64,000 bases of DNA from a virus, in the IMG/VR virus record IMGVR_UViG_3300042520_001767, positions 130,625 to 194,624 of that record; one strand, given 5' to 3'. Positions 38,534-47,980 of this stretch are shown here, in pieces. The translations under genes and the position numbers were made by a program. Position 1 is the first letter of the stretch, and each line of letters begins with the position of its first letter. Below the pieces are notes generated by a model, which worked only from the letters and a program-made list of their open reading frames with translations, was not told the DNA's origin and did not search any database.

Positions 38534-38606
38534 TATATTTGTATTTTTATTAGATTGTAAAGATAAGGATAATATTTCTATTATCCAAATCTTTTTTTAA
38601 TTATTT

Positions 38607-38828
38607 TTATTTTAATTTTGCAACAAAATAATTAACAACATCAGGTATATATTTTTTATAGTATGGTTGATTATCCATGCACCATTCTTTTACTTGTTGT
38701 TTTGTGGTAAAAGGTTTAACGTGTGATTGATTACGCATAATCATATCAAACATTGGTTCTAAATCGTTGATAAATGCACCAACCGTCCAACCCTCCCAAA
38801 TGTGTTTGTCTAAATTAATTTTTGCCAT
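38607..38828 (-). CDS. Hypothetical protein (73 aa)
   Basis: ORF after module. Confidence 0.75.
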   Translation of the reverse strand: MAKINLDKHIWEGWTVGAFINDLEPMFDMIMRNQSHVKPFTTKQQVKEWCMDNQPYYKKYIPDVVNYFVAKLK

Positions 38829-38888
38829 AATATATGTGTGTTAATTGATTACATTACAAATATAAGACTTTAATTTGATATAACCTAA

Positions 38889-39047
38889 TTAATATCTAAA
38901 AACTTTTGGTCTTATTCTTTTTTTTAAACCAACTTCCGAACACTTCATACATTGTTGTTTTCCGTTATCGTGTTTTACAATAACAATATCAAAACCGTGA
39001 TGTAATACTTCAACTTGTGTTTGAGTTCCAACGATTATAACTTTCAT
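38889..39047 (-). CDS. Hypothetical protein (52 aa, not in track)
   Basis: Manual: MKVIIVGTQTQVEVLHHG... after module. Confidence 0.55.
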   Translation of the reverse strand: MKVIIVGTQTQVEVLHHGFDIVIVKHDNGKQQCMKCSEVGLKKRIRPKVFRY

Positions 39048-39119
39048 AGTGTGTTTTGATTAGATTACAAATATAAGATAAAAAAATAAGACTACCAAAT
39101 AATGATAGTCTTTTTTTAA

Positions 39120-39452
39120 TTATTCTCTTAATAATTCTTTCAATTTTTGAATTGCTTTTTTATCATTACCGCCAATATGCCAATCGGTAATTTTGGTTTT
39201 TGGTAAACCACTTGAACCATTGTAATTTTTACCATCTTTCCAATTGTATATGGTTGCAACCGTGCCATCAGCAAATTCAATTTCCCATTCAGCATCTACC
39301 TTGTAACCATCGCCATCATGTGGTTTTCCAAATAACGCTTTAAGTTCAGCATAGGTAGCTGTAATTGAACCTTGTAAATGAGTTCCGTTACAATCAATAC
39401 TTTTGTCATTGTGAGTGAAAAAAGTAGCTTTTTTTGTGATTTTCTTTAACAT
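39120..39452 (-). CDS. Hypothetical protein (110 aa)
   Basis: ORF after module; FGKP...DG.K.DAEW motif. Confidence 0.8.
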   Translation of the reverse strand: MLKKITKKATFFTHNDKSIDCNGTHLQGSITATYAELKALFGKPHDGDGYKVDAEWEIEFADGTVATIYNWKDGKNYNGSSGLPKTKITDWHIGGNDKKAIQKLKELLRE

Positions 39453-39519
39453 AGTTTCTTTGTTTTAATTGATTAGATTACAAATATAAGGATAAGTTTT
39501 GATATATGCAAATAATTTT

Positions 39520-39765
39520 TTAATTATTTTCTAAACAAGTACCAAAAAAGTCAATTTCTGTTTCTGGATATTGTTTATCTAAATACATATTTAGTGTATT
39601 TAGATTTCTAAATCTTTTTATCGTTTCTTTATCCGACCAAGAATCTTGGAATTCATATTCTTTAATAATAGCGACATAACCACCTTTGAATATTTTACCT
39701 TTGTTAGGTATTAATAAAGTGTTATCAGTCAATACGTTTTCTCTTAAACAAAATTCATTTACCAT
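39520..39765 (-). CDS. Hypothetical protein (81 aa)
   Basis: ORF after module. Confidence 0.75.
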   Translation of the reverse strand: MVNEFCLRENVLTDNTLLIPNKGKIFKGGYVAIIKEYEFQDSWSDKETIKRFRNLNTLNMYLDKQYPETEIDFFGTCLENN

Positions 39766-39852
39766 GATAAGTGTGTGTTAATTGATTACATTACAAATAT
39801 AAGACTTTAATTTGATATAACCTAATTTATTATCGGTTATTTTTATGTGTAA

Positions 39853-40257
39853 TTACATTTCTAAAAGTTGATTATAAAAATCAATTGTTATTTTCCTATC
39901 TTTTGTACAATAATCAGTTAGATAATCTAAATAATTTCTAAAATACATATTATTGTTTAATTTACCTCTATATCTTTTAAAATGTTCTAAGTCTTCTCTA
40001 CTTAAATTTAATTTATCACATTCACTGATAACAAGTTTTTGACCTCTAGCTAAAACTCCAAATCTTTGTTGTAGTGCAATTTCATTTTTTGTGAAAGTAG
40101 GTGTATTATTTTGACTATGTGATGTACCACGACCAAAAGTAAAAAAGCTATTTATTATATTGCTTTCAGTACCTTTAAAACAATCCACCCAACGCCCACA
40201 TTTAGATATAATAAAACCAACTTTAATGCCCTCATTATTTATATATGTTGTTTTCAT
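39853..40257 (-). CDS. Hypothetical protein (about 134 aa)
   Basis: Start MKTTY after leader. Confidence 0.75.
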   Translation of the reverse strand: MKTTYINNEGIKVGFIISKCGRWVDCFKGTESNIINSFFTFGRGTSHSQNNTPTFTKNEIALQQRFGVLARGQKLVISECDKLNLSREDLEHFKRYRGKLNNNMYFRNYLDYLTDYCTKDRKITIDFYNQLLEM

Positions 40258-40387
40258 AAAATTATATTTGATTAGATTACAAATATAAGACATTAAATTG
40301 ATATATGCAAATAATAAGTGAAAATAAATAATAAATTATTTTGCTATTTTATTTGGTAGATTAAAAAAGAATTCTTATATTTGTAAT

Positions 40388-40440
40388 GTAGATAAGATAC
40401 GGGTCACATAATATGTGATAGAGTAGACTCCATCCAGGAA
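40388..40440 (+). ncRNA. Repeated ncRNA candidate, copy 5
   Basis: ACGGGTCACATAATATGTGATAGAGTAGACTCC after TATATTTG. Confidence 0.6.
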
Positions 40441-40474
40441 TATAAATAATAAAAACAACAAAATAAAAAACCCT

Positions 40475-40672
40475 TTAATAAGGGTTTTTAGGTGTGTGTT
40501 TTTTGCCAGTGGTAATATCTACCCATTTTTGGTTTTTCTCTCGTTCAGCGAGCTTATTTACGTTCTTAATCTTATTGTCTGCTTTTTCTTGAGCTTCAGC
40601 TTCAGTCATTCCACATTGTATTGCGAAGTCATAAGTTGATTTTCTTAAAATTTGTTCTACCTTTGCGTTCAT
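40475..40672 (-). CDS. Hypothetical protein (65 aa)
   Basis: ORF after module. Confidence 0.7.
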   Translation of the reverse strand: MNAKVEQILRKSTYDFAIQCGMTEAEAQEKADNKIKNVNKLAEREKNQKWVDITTGKKHTPKNPY

Positions 40673-40946
40673 AGTATGTGTGTGTTAATTGATTAGATTA
40701 CAAATATAGTAATTAGTTTTGGATTACGCAAATAAATCACTATTTATTTTTAATTTATTTTTTTGTGTTATTTTATTTGGTATATTGAAAATTAATTCTA
40801 TCTTTGCAAACTGTACAATGCTGACTTAAACAAGTTATCAATAAAGATATATACCCTATAACACAAATAATAAAAGGGTATCTATTACGGATACCCTTTT
40901 ATAACTAATCAAACTAAACACAATCAAAACTAAACACAATCAATTT

Positions 40947-41115
40947 TGTGTAAGAGACAGGATTCGAACCTGTAAGTGAACACTTTCTTGTATCGTCATA
41001 CATTACTTGCTATTTAACATTGTAAGGCTCAGATTTGAACTGAAATTCTTCTAGAAAGCGTGATTCCCATTTTCACCATATCTTACAAAGCGTTTACCAT
41101 TTCCGCCACTCGAAC
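40947..41115 (-). tRNA. Degenerate or nested tRNA-like element (pseudo-tRNA)
   Basis: D-arm-like GTGGCGGAAATGGTAAACGC; T-arms TCAGTTCAAATCTGA and ACAGGTTCGAATCCTGT; no canonical anticodon arm. Confidence 0.45.
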
Positions 41116-41218
41116 AATATAAAGGTAATGAATTAATTCGACACTACCAAATAATTTTTAAACTTTTTTTTAACCTCAGCACTGCCATGAACTGCTTTAT
41201 GTACACAATTGTGTATAT

Positions 41219-41410
41219 TTAGTCGCTCACCGTTTCAATAAATGATATAGCATCTTTATAGGAATTGAATTCAATTGGTCTTGTAATATTATCTTCTTCT
41301 TTCCATGTTAGAGTTTCCCATCTATAAAAGAATTTTAAAAATGTTTTTTTAACTGCAACTCTATAATTATTTTTTTTATAAGTAACTTTTAAGTCTTCCT
41401 TTTTTATCAT
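41219..41410 (-). CDS. Hypothetical protein (63 aa)
   Basis: ORF coupled to upstream gene. Confidence 0.65.
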   Translation of the reverse strand: MIKKEDLKVTYKKNNYRVAVKKTFLKFFYRWETLTWKEEDNITRPIEFNSYKDAISFIETVSD

Positions 41411-41679
41411 TTTACTTTTATAGTTTTTTCTATGCTATTATCACTAACTTTATTATTAAAATTTACTTTATAAACATCATTAGTCTTTGGATGTTTTTTG
41501 TGTCTAAATTCGTGAATTACATTATCACCTTGTTTATAACTTGCCATGTATTGCCATGATTCTCCATCGTTATAAGCTATTTTAGGTTCATCTAATCCAT
41601 CATTGATTGGATGTTTTGCTAATATATCCCATATTACGCTCCATTCAATACTATCTTTTTTTAATAAAACTATATCCAT
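41407..41679 (-). CDS. Hypothetical protein (about 90 aa)
   Basis: Start MDIVLL after promoter. Confidence 0.7.
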   Translation of the reverse strand: MDIVLLKKDSIEWSVIWDILAKHPINDGLDEPKIAYNDGESWQYMASYKQGDNVIHEFRHKKHPKTNDVYKVNFNNKVSDNSIEKTIKVK

Positions 41680-41752
41680 ACTTATTATTTCTTTAACAAA
41701 GGTAAGAATAATAATCCATATTACCAAATATAACATGGATTATTTTTAATAA

Positions 41753-41986
41753 TTATAGAGTTTTTTTGATATCTAATTCTAAGTCTTGACGACTTGAACC
41801 ACCATATCGTTTATCTACTTTACCTCGTTTATTCCAGCAAATGTTAACGAATCCATTATGTAAGCTATCTCTACCCCAAATCGGGTCTAATACCATGCCT
41901 ACTATTAAGTTATCTACTTTCTTGTATCTTAAATTCTTTACAAGATAACCACCCATTGTTTCTGTTATTCTATCTAAATTTTCCAT
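41753..41986 (-). CDS. Hypothetical protein (77 aa)
   Basis: ORF after promoter. Confidence 0.7.
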   Translation of the reverse strand: MENLDRITETMGGYLVKNLRYKKVDNLIVGMVLDPIWGRDSLHNGFVNICWNKRGKVDKRYGGSSRQDLELDIKKTL

Positions 41987-42081
41987 ATAACAAAGATAAT
42001 AAATTTATTTCAATATTCCTAATTTTTTAATAAAAAAAAGAGGGACACAACTCCCTCTTTCCAATCAATCAAACAAACAAC

Positions 42082-42720
42082 TTATTCTTTAATGTCAAAT
42101 ATCAACTCTTCAAAACCTTTAGGTATATCGCTTTTTCTAGTTGTTACACTAATTAAGTTTCTTGCCCATACTCCAACCAATGAACTATCGCCTCTAAAAT
42201 CTCCCCCACCTCTGCCGTTGCCATCACAAGTTAATAATGGTAAAGGGTGTACTTGCCAACCATCCGCATCTCTTGGTGTTTTTGTTTTATCCACAAATTG
42301 CTTTTTATCGTGGTTAATTAAATACCTAGCGTTTAGTGGTGCAACATTTTTATAATCGTGTTTATACTTGTCTTTTACATTTTCATCGTGCGTTAACTTA
42401 CCTACGATTTCAGCTAAAGTATATAAATTAACTCCTTTATCTTTAATAACATTACTATTGGTATACTGACATGTTTCATCTGCTAACGCCTTGATTTCCA
42501 TCTGTGTAAGTGTTGATGGGTCTTCGTTGTCTGCATAATCACCCGACCAAACAAGTCTTTGAGGTGTTATCATAAGTTGTTTTTCAACAAACCTAACAAA
42601 AGGATTTTTCATCCAAGAATGTTCCATTAATTTAGCACCAGTACCAAAATCGTAAGATGATACACTTGAAATTGGTTTATTGTTTTCAGAAATAAACACG
42701 CTTTTATAATACTGTCCCAT
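42082..42720 (-). CDS. Hypothetical protein (212 aa)
   Basis: MGQYY start, KLMEHSW, HPLPLLT..GNGRGGGD motifs. Confidence 0.85.
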   Translation of the reverse strand: MGQYYKSVFISENNKPISSVSSYDFGTGAKLMEHSWMKNPFVRFVEKQLMITPQRLVWSGDYADNEDPSTLTQMEIKALADETCQYTNSNVIKDKGVNLYTLAEIVGKLTHDENVKDKYKHDYKNVAPLNARYLINHDKKQFVDKTKTPRDADGWQVHPLPLLTCDGNGRGGGDFRGDSSLVGVWARNLISVTTRKSDIPKGFEELIFDIKE

Positions 42721-42783
42721 AATATATTGTTTTAATTTGTTTTAACAAAGATAAGTAATTTATTTCAATCTACCAAATTTATT

Positions 42784-43011
42784 TTAATCTTTTTTCAAAA
42801 TAATTTCGTGTAGATAAACTTGTGCCTCACTTCCAAAATCATTGTATTGGATAAGGATAGGGTACATACTAAAATCGTCATTATCAAATTCCTCATCAAT
42901 GTCTTCAATGAAATTGATTGTGTAATCGTTTCCTTGGATTGGGTCGGGGTCATTCCAAACTAATTGCTTATTCTCTGCAACTGCTTGTTTTAAATCTGCT
43001 AAATTTCTCAT
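42784..43011 (-). CDS. Hypothetical protein (75 aa)
   Basis: ORF after promoter. Confidence 0.7.
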   Translation of the reverse strand: MRNLADLKQAVAENKQLVWNDPDPIQGNDYTINFIEDIDEEFDNDDFSMYPILIQYNDFGSEAQVYLHEIILKKD

Positions 43012-43082
43012 AGTGTTTGTTTTTGTTTTAACAAAGATAAGTAAAATAATTCAATTATAAAAATATTTTGTGGTATTTTTTG

Positions 43083-43325
43083 TTAAAATTTTATTTTTCT
43101 GTTTAATACTTCTTTTTCCCAACACTCAATAACCTCTTTTTTGGTTTTTTTCCATAATGCTGTTCTTTCACCAAAGGCAACATAACCATAATTTTTGTTG
43201 AATATGTAGAATGCTAATTGTGGCATACAACCCCAATTTCTACCCTCTGCTTTTGCTTTCTCATAATCACGTTCCCATTTTTCAGTTTGACGTTGATTAT
43301 ACTTTTTGATTGATAAAACTTCCAT
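43083..43325 (-). CDS. Hypothetical protein (about 80 aa)
   Basis: Start MEVLS after promoter. Confidence 0.7.
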   Translation of the reverse strand: MEVLSIKKYNQRQTEKWERDYEKAKAEGRNWGCMPQLAFYIFNKNYGYVAFGERTALWKKTKKEVIECWEKEVLNRKIKF

Positions 43326-43384
43326 AGTATTTGTTTTTGTTTTAACAAAGATAAGGATAATCTTTCGATTATCCAAATCTTTTA

Positions 43385-43684
43385 CTATATTTTTTCAGTA
43401 AATTTTGCGTGCATAAAAATATCACCAATAGTTACTTCGTCTTGTGGTGTAACTCTACCTAAACGATATTTAAGAATTTCTTCTCTATGGTTCGTTGATA
43501 TGTTTTGGAACGTATCAAGCAAACGATATTTTATTTGTCTTGGTGTAACTTTACCAACAACTTTTTCAACAACCTCAACTGCTAAAAAAGTCTTTGCACT
43601 TTTGTTATACCATATATCAAAGGTGTTATCGTTGGTTGTGTTGTCTGCCAACTCAATGTCTGTCAAAATTAATTCTAATGTCAT
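43385..43684 (-). CDS. Hypothetical protein (99 aa)
   Basis: ORF after promoter. Confidence 0.7.
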   Translation of the reverse strand: MTLELILTDIELADNTTNDNTFDIWYNKSAKTFLAVEVVEKVVGKVTPRQIKYRLLDTFQNISTNHREEILKYRLGRVTPQDEVTIGDIFMHAKFTEKI

Positions 43685-43758
43685 AAGTTCTATGTTTTAT
43701 TTGTTTCAGTAAAGATAAGGATAATATTTCTATTATCCAAATCTTTTTACAATTATTT

Positions 43759-43887
43759 TTAGTAACCCCCAGTGAAAGTAATTAATATTCCACCATTTTT
43801 TTCTTCCGATTCAAAGGTTACTCCCGATTGAATAAAACCTACTAACATATCGGTAAAAGTTTCTGTTGATACAAATAATGTTCTCAT
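43759..43887 (-). CDS. Small protein (42 aa, not in track), paralog of 58035..58163
   Basis: MRTLFVSTETFTDMLVGFIQSGVTFESEEKNGGILITFTGGY. Confidence 0.75.
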   Translation of the reverse strand: MRTLFVSTETFTDMLVGFIQSGVTFESEEKNGGILITFTGGY

Positions 43888-43962
43888 AATGTTTGTTTTA
43901 ATTAGTTATGAAACAAAGATAAGCATAATCTTTCGATTATGCAAATCTTTTTACCATTATTT

Positions 43963-44613
43963 TTAGTGTACCAATTCAACAAGTCTTTGTTGTGTAGGTT
44001 TATGACTTTGTATCAATTCGTCCAATGTCATAAATCTTTTGCAACTTTCTTTATCTCTATGTAACCATTCGTTGGTATTGTAAGTCAAACCAACAATTTT
44101 AAATGCTCTAACTTCTTTACCACTTTCAAGTATTACATTAACAATCTCACGTTTAAAATCAACATATACTTTGTGGTATTTTTTATCGTTAAAATAATTG
44201 TAGCGACTATCAGTATCAGTATATTTTTTGTTTTTGCTAACAAAAAATAATTCGGTTTCGTAACTATGGTTGTTCTCCAATGGTTTTTCTTTGTTTCGTT
44301 CCACCATTTTATCCAATGTCTGGTGGTAAGTTTCTCTGTTAGGATATCTATACCCTAACTCAATATTTACTGCTTTACCAAACTCTTTACTAAACTCTTT
44401 GATATCGTTCTTTATTTGACCAACAAAGAGTTTCATCATTGTAAGGTTGTGTTTAGCAATCGTTTCTTTAAAACGTTCTTCCTCTTTCAAACACTCATTG
44501 ATAGTATCAAAACTAAAACGTGTTACACCATTGCTTGGTTTAGGGTTGATTTTTGTAAATTCTTTAATCAAACCATTGATTAAACCTTGTTGTAAACTTG
44601 TTAAATTTTCCAT
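43963..44613 (-). CDS. Hypothetical protein (216 aa)
   Basis: ORF after module. Confidence 0.8.
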   Translation of the reverse strand: MENLTSLQQGLINGLIKEFTKINPKPSNGVTRFSFDTINECLKEEERFKETIAKHNLTMMKLFVGQIKNDIKEFSKEFGKAVNIELGYRYPNRETYHQTLDKMVERNKEKPLENNHSYETELFFVSKNKKYTDTDSRYNYFNDKKYHKVYVDFKREIVNVILESGKEVRAFKIVGLTYNTNEWLHRDKESCKRFMTLDELIQSHKPTQQRLVELVH

Positions 44614-44689
44614 TTGTTTTTTGTTTTAATTGATTAGATTACAAATATAAGGATAATATTTCTATTATCCAAATTTATTTAAAAGTTTT

Positions 44690-44965
44690 TTATTGCCAAC
44701 CTTGTTTAGTTATTTTAGGTTTACCATCAACCAATTCCCATTTCTCAAACCATTCTCCAAATTCACCACGTCTACTACGTGTTACAAAAACTGGGTCTTC
44801 TCCAATATGTTCATGTAGTATTCTATCTATCAATGCTTTTTTTAATTCAGCATACGTTTTAAATCTCTCCGTTTTATATGGACTTGTTACTCTATATTTT
44901 TCTACATCATATTCATGTTTACTATTCCATGTCATGTAATTCACTTGTGGTTTAAATTGTGCCAT
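44690..44965 (-). CDS. Hypothetical protein (91 aa)
   Basis: ORF after module. Confidence 0.75.
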   Translation of the reverse strand: MAQFKPQVNYMTWNSKHEYDVEKYRVTSPYKTERFKTYAELKKALIDRILHEHIGEDPVFVTRSRRGEFGEWFEKWELVDGKPKITKQGWQ

Positions 44966-45136
44966 AATTTCTTTGTGTTAATTGATTAGATTACAAAGAT
45001 AATAAATTTATTTCAACATACCAAATTTATTTTAACTTATTTTTAATTGTATTATTACCTTTTTGTTTTTCAATTACATTTATACAATGTGGTAACTTTA
45101 TCCATTGGTTTTACTATATGTTTACTACATTAGTCA

Positions 45137-45159
45137 CTGTTAGCAGGTAGTTATAACCA
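45137..45159 (+). mobile_element. Array head site A (attI-like or half attC)
   Basis: CTGTTAGCAGGTAG|TTATAACCA; 18/20 identical to 51991-52010. Confidence 0.55.
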
Positions 45160-45162
45160 ATA

Positions 45163-45399
45163 TTAAAAAGCATCTTCATCTTCGTAATATGTGTTTTCTC
45201 CACGAATCGCATAAATTTCTTTTAATAAGTCTTTATCGTCAATTAACCTTGTTAAAAGTGTTTCATCCCATTTGCCCATATCTGATAAATCGTCATTTAA
45301 ACTTTCTAAAACTTCTAAAGTATTATCTACTTCTTCATCTCCATAATCTGAACGCAACTCATTTAATTCAATTTCAATTCTTTGTTTTAAATTTTCCAT
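45163..45399 (-). CDS. Cassette ORF, hypothetical (78 aa)
   Basis: Between head site A and attC-like site 1. Confidence 0.75.
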   Translation of the reverse strand: MENLKQRIEIELNELRSDYGDEEVDNTLEVLESLNDDLSDMGKWDETLLTRLIDDKDLLKEIYAIRGENTYYEDEDAF

Positions 45400-45411
45400 A
45401 ATAAATACTGG

Positions 45412-45545
45412 TTATAACAGCAATTACACGATATTGCTAGATTGTGATTAATTTAAACTTTGTTTTGTATCTTTCAATTCCGTGTTAAACCGAAAGATAG
45501 TTTTGTGCTTTTACGCAACAGACGTGTAGCTGCAAAACGTTGGCG
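45412..45545 (+). mobile_element. attC-like site 1
   Basis: TTATAAC-A-GCAATTACACG...CGTGTAGCTGC-AAAAC-GTTGGCG. Confidence 0.75.
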
Positions 45546-45713
45546 GTCATTGTACCACCAAAAGGATAAAATAAAAGTTCATTGACAATATTAAAGATGC
45601 TTTGTGCAGACGCAGAATGCTGTAATAGTTTTGTTTCGGTAATCTATTTTTATAATGCAGTGTCGTTGACACTTAAAACTATTTCAAAATTAACAAATAA
45701 AAAAAGAAAGCTT

Positions 45714-45851
45714 ATGAAACAAATTAAAAAGTTACCAAAAACCGTGAAGTCAATTATTGTTCAATCTATTAAAACACTTTGGGTTATCGGGACATCTATT
45801 ACGGCAACTGCCGTTCTGTCTTCATCATTATATTGTCAAAGAACTAATTAA
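45714..45851 (+). CDS. Possible small peptide (45 aa) in a largely non-coding cassette
   Basis: MKQIKKLP...; the track start 45582 is doubtful. Confidence 0.3.
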   Translation: MKQIKKLPKTVKSIIVQSIKTLWVIGTSITATAVLSSSLYCQRTN

Positions 45852-46229
45852 AATATTATTTAAATGTTCATTGAAAATATTGAAAGTACCTACGTTAACT
45901 GACCACTAACGTAACAATTAATCAAACCAAAGTAAGGCTTGTCGTTTTACTTTTGATTAATTTGTGAATAACAAAGTGTTTATCGGAAACCGTAAGAGGT
46001 TGGTCGCTTACCGACAAAAAAATAATCCATAGAAATGGGAACAATTATTTTTGGGGCGTACATTCTCCTAAGAAAATTAAGAAAGTTTGTAAAGATTAAA
46101 TTTGACGTAACAATTAGATTTAAAAACTAACAAACCGAGCCGAAACTCTTAGGAGGGGTAAGCTCAACATAAGGACACTTTCAATATATTTCAAAGAACT
46201 TAATTGTATTAATAAACAAAACAACGAAC

Positions 46230-46355
46230 CGCCAACAGCAGTTACACAAGATGCAAGGATTTAGTGGAATTACCGTTTCGCATTGAACTTTTATCTTAAA
46301 TAGAAAATATGCAGTCACGAAGTCTTGCACCTCGTGTAGCTGCGGAACGTTATAA
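46230..46355 (+). mobile_element. attC-like site 2
   Basis: CGCCAAC-A-GCAGTTACAC...GTGTAGCTGC-GGAAC-GTTATAA. Confidence 0.75.
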
Positions 46356-46361
46356 GCTATG

Positions 46362-46595
46362 TTACTTAGACCACGCAGAATCGTTTTTCAACATCCGAAG
46401 AACCGCAGGAAATAAGTGTTGTAAATCATTAGCAGTTAATCCTTTCTTTTCGGCAACAACTGCCATATAATGAGCTAACATTGCTTCATCTTCGGTATCT
46501 TCTGTAAAAAGCCAATTTTGCACCATTTTATTTGCTGGTGTTACTTCTTTTATCCCTTTATTCCATTTGAAATTTAATACTTGTGAATTTTCCAT
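46362..46595 (-). CDS. Hypothetical protein (77 aa)
   Basis: Stop abuts attC 2; start behind a promoter module. Confidence 0.75.
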   Translation of the reverse strand: MENSQVLNFKWNKGIKEVTPANKMVQNWLFTEDTEDEAMLAHYMAVVAEKKGLTANDLQHLFPAVLRMLKNDSAWSK

Positions 46596-46669
46596 AACGT
46601 TTATTGATTAGATTACAAATATAAAACAAATAATCCACACTACCAAATATAATATGGATTATTTTTAAT

Positions 46670-47002
46670 TTATTTATTTTCACTAAATTCGTTTATCTCA
46701 TCTTGGTAGTGTTCAAATAAAGATAAAATCCTTCTTTTTTCAAAATCATTAACCCTTTTGTTTCTTTCTGAACGTTTCCAAAAATCATAACTCTCTGAAT
46801 CATTTGTATGATATTTAAAGTTAAATTCTTTATCATCTATTGCAAGTCTTAAATGATAAATATAACTACCATATCCAAGCCATTCCATTTTAAAACTAAT
46901 TAACCAAACATCTTTGATATTATTTGGAATTAGTTTCCCTAATTCCTTTTTGAAATTTTCAGTACATACAAAATGTAAATTAGATGTGATGTGTGCTTTC
47001 AT
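46670..47002 (-). CDS. Hypothetical protein (110 aa)
   Basis: ORF after module. Confidence 0.75.
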   Translation of the reverse strand: MKAHITSNLHFVCTENFKKELGKLIPNNIKDVWLISFKMEWLGYGSYIYHLRLAIDDKEFNFKYHTNDSESYDFWKRSERNKRVNDFEKRRILSLFEHYQDEINEFSENK

Positions 47003-47062
47003 AATTTCTTTGTGTTTATTGATTAGATTACAAATATAAGAAATAGTTTTGTAACTACCAAA

Positions 47063-47203
47063 TTATTCCTTATTTTTTTCAATAATCTTTTTTAATTTAT
47101 CAACATAGTTTGGGTCTTCTGCATAGTTTTGTCTTAAATAGTCAAAGTATTCAGCTTCACTCTTCATATCATTTAGGTATCTAGCACTATAAAAAGCGTA
47201 ATC
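47063..47203 (-). pseudogene. Orphan alternative 3' end of the glucosaminidase gene
   Basis: Encodes DYAFYSARYLNDMKSEAEYFDYLRQNYAEDPNYVDKLKKIIEKNKE with no start codon. Confidence 0.85.
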
Positions 47204-47212
47204 AAATAAAAA

Positions 47213-47932
47213 TTATTTATTATATTCTGCTACTTGTTTACATAAGTTAATAAATTCTTCATTCCCCATAGCTAATTTAGCATAATTGATATTAACATGA
47301 ACCCATTGAATATTACCACTAATATAACCTTTATTCGGGTCAATTCTGTCAACAGACGCAGTTCTAAGATTACCCCTAATTATTCTAGGTAAAATCAAAT
47401 CAACACCACTTAGAGCACATTTACCATTTTGTTTATCAAATAGTTCAGCAATTTCCTCAAATGTAATAGTTATTTCAATATTTCTTACTTCTGCTTGTTT
47501 AATTAAATACCTATAAAATACTCTAGGTACTTTACCAATATTTCTTTGACCTAAAGAAGTACAACCACAAGATTTAGTGTTACTTTTAACAACATCTGAA
47601 GCTTTAATTTCTAATTTATTTCCACATTCACATTGACAATTTAAATAAATAACGTTATCCATTCTATTTTTACCATTTGGTACTTTTTTTCTAAAAGGGT
47701 TATCAATAAGAGTAAGTTTGTTTATTTTATCCCCTTTTTTATATCCATGATATTCAATCAATGGTACTGAAAATAATCTATAATTTTTAATACAACCACA
47801 AGAATTAGATTTACCTTGTTTTAAATTATTTAAATTTACCATTCTTTGAGTACCGCATTTACACTCACATTTAACTTTACCTTCAATTATAGTAGGGTCA
47901 ATTATTTTCCAAAATATTTCTTTATCATCCAT
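47213..47932 (-). CDS. HNH homing endonuclease with CxCxCG...SCGC repeats
   Basis: CECKCG...SCGC twice; CALSG...SVDRIDPNKGY..GNIQWVH..IN. Confidence 0.8.
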   Translation of the reverse strand: MDDKEIFWKIIDPTIIEGKVKCECKCGTQRMVNLNNLKQGKSNSCGCIKNYRLFSVPLIEYHGYKKGDKINKLTLIDNPFRKKVPNGKNRMDNVIYLNCQCECGNKLEIKASDVVKSNTKSCGCTSLGQRNIGKVPRVFYRYLIKQAEVRNIEITITFEEIAELFDKQNGKCALSGVDLILPRIIRGNLRTASVDRIDPNKGYISGNIQWVHVNINYAKLAMGNEEFINLCKQVAEYNK

Positions 47933-47980
47933 AATAATAAATATATGGATATAATGCAAAAAGTAAAGTAAAGTATCAAT

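Noticed and set aside
40947-41115. Functional amber suppressor tRNA or TAG recoding
   Set aside because: The stem around CUA is poorly paired, and coding density is high under the standard code with TAG used as a normal stop (for example at 24511).
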